From Escherichia coli (lineage in GTDB: Bacteria; Pseudomonadota; Gammaproteobacteria; Enterobacterales; Enterobacteriaceae), in the NCBI RefSeq assembly GCF_041248615.1, contig NZ_CP158426.1: DNA of 64,000 nucleotides. One strand, 5' to 3'. Below, one piece after another: positions 60,346-64,000 of the stretch. The notes under the pieces were generated by a model. That model ran no database searches. It was given only the letters and a program-made list of their open reading frames with translations, and had not been told where the DNA came from. Both the position numbers and the translations under genes were made by a program. Each line of letters begins with the position of its first letter. Positions within the stretch are counted from its first letter, which is position 1.

Positions 60346-62112
60346 ATGAATAAATCCCGTCAAAAAGAGTTAACCCGCTGGTTAAGACAGCAAAGCGTCA
60401 TCTCCCAACGTTGGCTGAATATTTCTCGTCTGCTGGGCTTTGTGAGCGGCATATTGATCATTGCCCAGGCCTGGTTCATGGCGCGAATTCTGCAACATAT
60501 GATTATGGAGAATATTCCCCGTGAAGCCCTGCTGCTTCCCTTTACGTTACTGGTTCTGACCTTTGTACTGCGCGCATGGGTGGTCTGGTTACGCGAACGG
60601 GTGGGTTATCACGCCGGGCAGCATATCCGCTTTGCCATCCGCCGTCAGGTTCTCGACCGTCTGCAACAAGCAGGGCCAGCGTGGATTCAGGGTAAACCGG
60701 CGGGGAGCTGGGCGACGCTGGTACTCGAGCAAATTGACGATATGCATGATTACTATGCACGCTACCTGCCGCAAATGGCGCTGGCAGTGTCGGTGCCGTT
60801 GCTGATTGTGGTGGCTATCTTCCCCTCTAACTGGGCTGCGGCGCTGATTCTGCTGGGCACTGCTCCGTTAATTCCGTTGTTTATGGCGCTGGTTGGAATG
60901 GGGGCTGCCGATGCTAACCGACGTAACTTTCTCGCTCTTGCTCGCTTAAGTGGGCATTTTCTCGATCGCCTGCGCGGCATGGAAACATTGCGTATTTTTG
61001 GTCGTGGTGAAGCTGAAATTGAAAGTATTCGTTCTGCTTCGGAAGATTTCCGCCAACGGACAATGGAAGTGCTACGGCTGGCGTTTTTATCCTCCGGCAT
61101 TCTCGAATTTTTTACCTCGCTGTCAATTGCTCTGGTGGCGGTCTACTTTGGTTTTTCCTATCTCGGCGAGCTGGATTTTGGTCACTACGATACTGGCGTG
61201 ACGCTGGCTGCGGGTTTTCTGGCCCTGATCCTTGCGCCGGAGTTTTTCCAGCCATTACGCGATCTCGGTACGTTTTATCATGCTAAAGCCCAGGCTATTG
61301 GTGCAGCTGACAGTTTGAAAACGTTTATGGAAACCCCGCTTGCCCATCCGCAGCGTGGTGAGGCGGAATTAGCATCGACCGATCCGGTGACCATTGAAGC
61401 CGAGGAGCTGTTTATTACATCACCAGAAGGTAAAACGCTGGCCGGACCGCTGAACTTTACTTTGCCAGCAGGCCAACGTGCCGTGTTGGTTGGTCGCAGC
61501 GGTTCAGGTAAAAGCTCACTGCTGAACGCGCTTTCTGGTTTTCTCTCATATCAGGGATCGCTACGAATCAACGGGATAGAATTACGCGATTTATCACCGG
61601 AATCATGGCGTAAACATCTCTCCTGGGTTGGGCAAAACCCACAATTACCAGCAGCAACACTACGGGATAACGTACTACTGGCACGACCTGATGCCAGCGA
61701 ACACGAGTTACAAACAGCGCTGGATAACGCCTGGGTCAGTGAGTTTCTACCGCTCCTGCCACAAGGCGTTGATACGCCTGTTGGCGACCAGGCTGCCCGC
61801 CTTTCCGTGGGGCAGGCACAGCGCGTGGCGGTGGCCCGAGCATTACTAAATCCCTGTTCGCTATTACTGTTGGATGAACCCGCTGCCAGCCTTGATGCTC
61901 ACAGTGAACAGCGCGTAATGGAGGCGCTTAATGCCGCCTCTCTGCGCCAGACAACGTTAATGGTCACCCACCAGTTAGAAGATCTTGCTGACTGGGATGT
62001 CATTTGGGTTATGCAGGATGGCCGGATTATTGAGCAAGGACGTTACGCGGAATTAAGTGTGGCTGGTGGCCCATTCGCCACATTACTGGCCCATCGTCAG
62101 GAGGAGATTTAA
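60346..62112 (+). CDS. cydD: ABC transporter CydD (cysteine/glutathione export)
   Basis: 588 aa; six TM then ABC ATPase (GRSGSGKSS). Confidence 0.9.
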   Translation: MNKSRQKELTRWLRQQSVISQRWLNISRLLGFVSGILIIAQAWFMARILQHMIMENIPREALLLPFTLLVLTFVLRAWVVWLRERVGYHAGQHIRFAIRRQVLDRLQQAGPAWIQGKPAGSWATLVLEQIDDMHDYYARYLPQMALAVSVPLLIVVAIFPSNWAAALILLGTAPLIPLFMALVGMGAADANRRNFLALARLSGHFLDRLRGMETLRIFGRGEAEIESIRSASEDFRQRTMEVLRLAFLSSGILEFFTSLSIALVAVYFGFSYLGELDFGHYDTGVTLAAGFLALILAPEFFQPLRDLGTFYHAKAQAIGAADSLKTFMETPLAHPQRGEAELASTDPVTIEAEELFITSPEGKTLAGPLNFTLPAGQRAVLVGRSGSGKSSLLNALSGFLSYQGSLRINGIELRDLSPESWRKHLSWVGQNPQLPAATLRDNVLLARPDASEHELQTALDNAWVSEFLPLLPQGVDTPVGDQAARLSVGQAQRVAVARALLNPCSLLLLDEPAASLDAHSEQRVMEALNAASLRQTTLMVTHQLEDLADWDVIWVMQDGRIIEQGRYAELSVAGGPFATLLAHRQEEI

Positions 62113-63834
62113 ATGCGCGCTTTGCTACCCTATCTGGCACTGTATAAACGTCATAAATGGATGTTAAGTCTTGGTATTGTGCTGGCAATTGTCACGCTGC
62201 TCGCCAGTATCGGTCTGTTGACACTTTCCGGCTGGTTCCTCTCCGCCTCAGCGGTAGCGGGGGTTGCCGGACTGTATAGCTTCAACTATATGCTACCCGC
62301 TGCGGGCGTGCGTGGCGCAGCAATCACCCGAACTGCCGGGCGCTATTTTGAACGTCTGGTAAGTCACGACGCGACTTTCCGCGTGTTGCAGCATCTGCGC
62401 ATTTACACCTTCAGCAAATTGCTGCCCCTATCCCCTGCCGGACTGGCGCGCTATCGTCAGGGCGAATTGCTCAACCGCGTGGTGGCGGATGTTGATACGC
62501 TCGATCATCTTTACCTGCGCGTTATCTCGCCGCTGGTGGGCGCTTTTGTGGTGATTATGGTGGTGACAATCGGGTTAAGTTTCCTTGATTTCACCCTCGC
62601 CTTTACGCTGGGCGGCATTATGTTACTGACGCTTTTCCTGATGCCACCACTGTTTTATCGTGCGGGGAAAAGCACCGGGCAAAATCTGACTCATCTTCGC
62701 GGGCAGTATCGCCAACAACTGACGGCCTGGCTGCAAGGGCAAGCTGAGCTGACCATTTTTGGTGCCAGCGATCGTTATCGCACGCAGTTAGAGAATACCG
62801 AAATTCAGTGGCTGGAAGCGCAACGTCGTCAATCTGAACTCACCGCATTATCGCAAGCGATAATGCTGCTCATTGGCGCGTTAGCGGTGATCCTGATGCT
62901 GTGGATGGCGTCTGGCGGCGTTGGCGGCAATGCTCAACCCGGCGCGTTAATTGCCCTGTTTGTCTTCTGCGCGTTAGCCGCGTTTGAAGCACTGGCACCA
63001 GTAACGGGTGCATTTCAGCATCTGGGGCAAGTCATTGCCTCTGCCGTACGGATCACTGACTTAACGGATCAAAAACCGGAGGTCACCTTCCCTGATACCC
63101 AAACTCGTGTTGCCGATCGCGTTTCGCTGACGTTACGGGATGTTCAGTTCACTTATCCGGAGCAATCCCAACAGGCACTTAAAGGGATTTCTCTTCAGGT
63201 AAACGCCGGGGAACATATAGCGATTCTCGGGCGAACCGGATGCGGCAAATCAACACTGTTACAACTGCTGACCCGCGCATGGGACCCGCAACAGGGCGAG
63301 ATTTTGCTTAACGGTAGCCCCATAGCCAGCCTGAATGAAGCGACTCTACGACAGACCATCAGCGTTGTTCCTCAGCGAGTGCATCTGTTTAGCGCCACGC
63401 TGCGTGATAATCTGTTACTCGCCTCGCCTGGCAGTAGTGATGAGGCTCTGGCGGAGATCTTACGTCGCGTTGGTCTGGAGAAGCTGCTCGAGGATGCAGG
63501 TCTCAACAGTTGGTTAGGTGAAGGCGGACGCCAGCTCTCCGGTGGTGAACTGCGCCGTCTGGCTATCGCCCGTGCGCTGTTACATGATGCGCCGCTGGTA
63601 TTGCTGGATGAACCTACAGAAGGCTTAGATGCCACAACCGAAAGTCAGATCCTTGAATTGCTTGCAGAAATGATGCATGAGAAAACGGTGTTAATGGTCA
63701 CCCATCGACTTCGCGGACTCTCTCGTTTCCAACAAATAATAGTGATGGACAACGGGCAAATTATTGAGCAAGGTACTCACGCAGAACTGCTTGCCAGACA
63801 GGGGCGTTATTACCAGTTTAAGCAGGGTTTGTAA
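62113..63834 (+). CDS. cydC: ABC transporter CydC
   Basis: 573 aa; TMD plus ABC ATPase (GRTGCGKST); start abuts cydD stop. Confidence 0.9.
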   Translation: MRALLPYLALYKRHKWMLSLGIVLAIVTLLASIGLLTLSGWFLSASAVAGVAGLYSFNYMLPAAGVRGAAITRTAGRYFERLVSHDATFRVLQHLRIYTFSKLLPLSPAGLARYRQGELLNRVVADVDTLDHLYLRVISPLVGAFVVIMVVTIGLSFLDFTLAFTLGGIMLLTLFLMPPLFYRAGKSTGQNLTHLRGQYRQQLTAWLQGQAELTIFGASDRYRTQLENTEIQWLEAQRRQSELTALSQAIMLLIGALAVILMLWMASGGVGGNAQPGALIALFVFCALAAFEALAPVTGAFQHLGQVIASAVRITDLTDQKPEVTFPDTQTRVADRVSLTLRDVQFTYPEQSQQALKGISLQVNAGEHIAILGRTGCGKSTLLQLLTRAWDPQQGEILLNGSPIASLNEATLRQTISVVPQRVHLFSATLRDNLLLASPGSSDEALAEILRRVGLEKLLEDAGLNSWLGEGGRQLSGGELRRLAIARALLHDAPLVLLDEPTEGLDATTESQILELLAEMMHEKTVLMVTHRLRGLSRFQQIIVMDNGQIIEQGTHAELLARQGRYYQFKQGL

Positions 63835-63875
63835 GCTATTATTGAACGATCCGACTTGCGTGGAGTTTTGCGGTC

Positions 63876-64000
63876 ATGCGCCTGGTTCAGCTTTCTCGCC
63901 ATTCAATAGCCTTCCCTTCCCCGGAAGGCGCATTACGTGAGCCTAACGGCCTGCTGGCACTTGGGGGCGATCTTAGCCCTGCACGCCTGTTAATGGCTTA
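63876..64000 (+). CDS. aat: leucyl/phenylalanyl-tRNA--protein transferase, 5' portion (continues past window)
   Basis: ATG 63876; N-terminus [38 protein letters not shown]. Confidence 0.8.

Overview
This window reads as an Escherichia coli chromosomal segment (pflB 3' end, pflA, ycaM, ycaD, ycaC, dmsCBA on the left; serS, rarA, lolA, ftsK, lrp, trxB, cydDC and the start of aat on the right) interrupted by a ~40-kb P2-family prophage at about 10492-50482. The insertion sits in the short serS-dmsA spacer and is bounded by a 15-bp direct repeat (AAAAGCGCCCGCAGG) that overlaps the serS terminator. The prophage has the expected P2-like modules, identified by protein-level resemblance recalled from memory (no searches were run): integrase, C-type repressor, early genes, rolling-circle initiator gpA, Q/P portal and terminase, capsid, lysis, baseplate, tail fibre, tail sheath/tube/tape-measure, D and ogr. 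Three things depart from canonical P2. (1) The FI-FII-E/E'-T-U tail block is on the opposite strand to the rest of the late genes. (2) A complete IS21-family element with 6-bp target duplication splits a cargo ORF in-frame in the gpA-to-cos region. (3) A ~3.7-kb repetitive cargo locus lies between ogr and attR; this is the strongest candidate for an undescribed system. It holds five terminator-delimited homologous units, one small gene plus two decayed copies, and two hok/mok-like type I toxin loci. Further candidates are a three-gene overlapping operon with a signal-peptide mini-protein, and an opposite-strand 2-TM membrane protein with a divergent HTH gene inside the early operon. No rRNA, tRNA or CRISPR array was seen.
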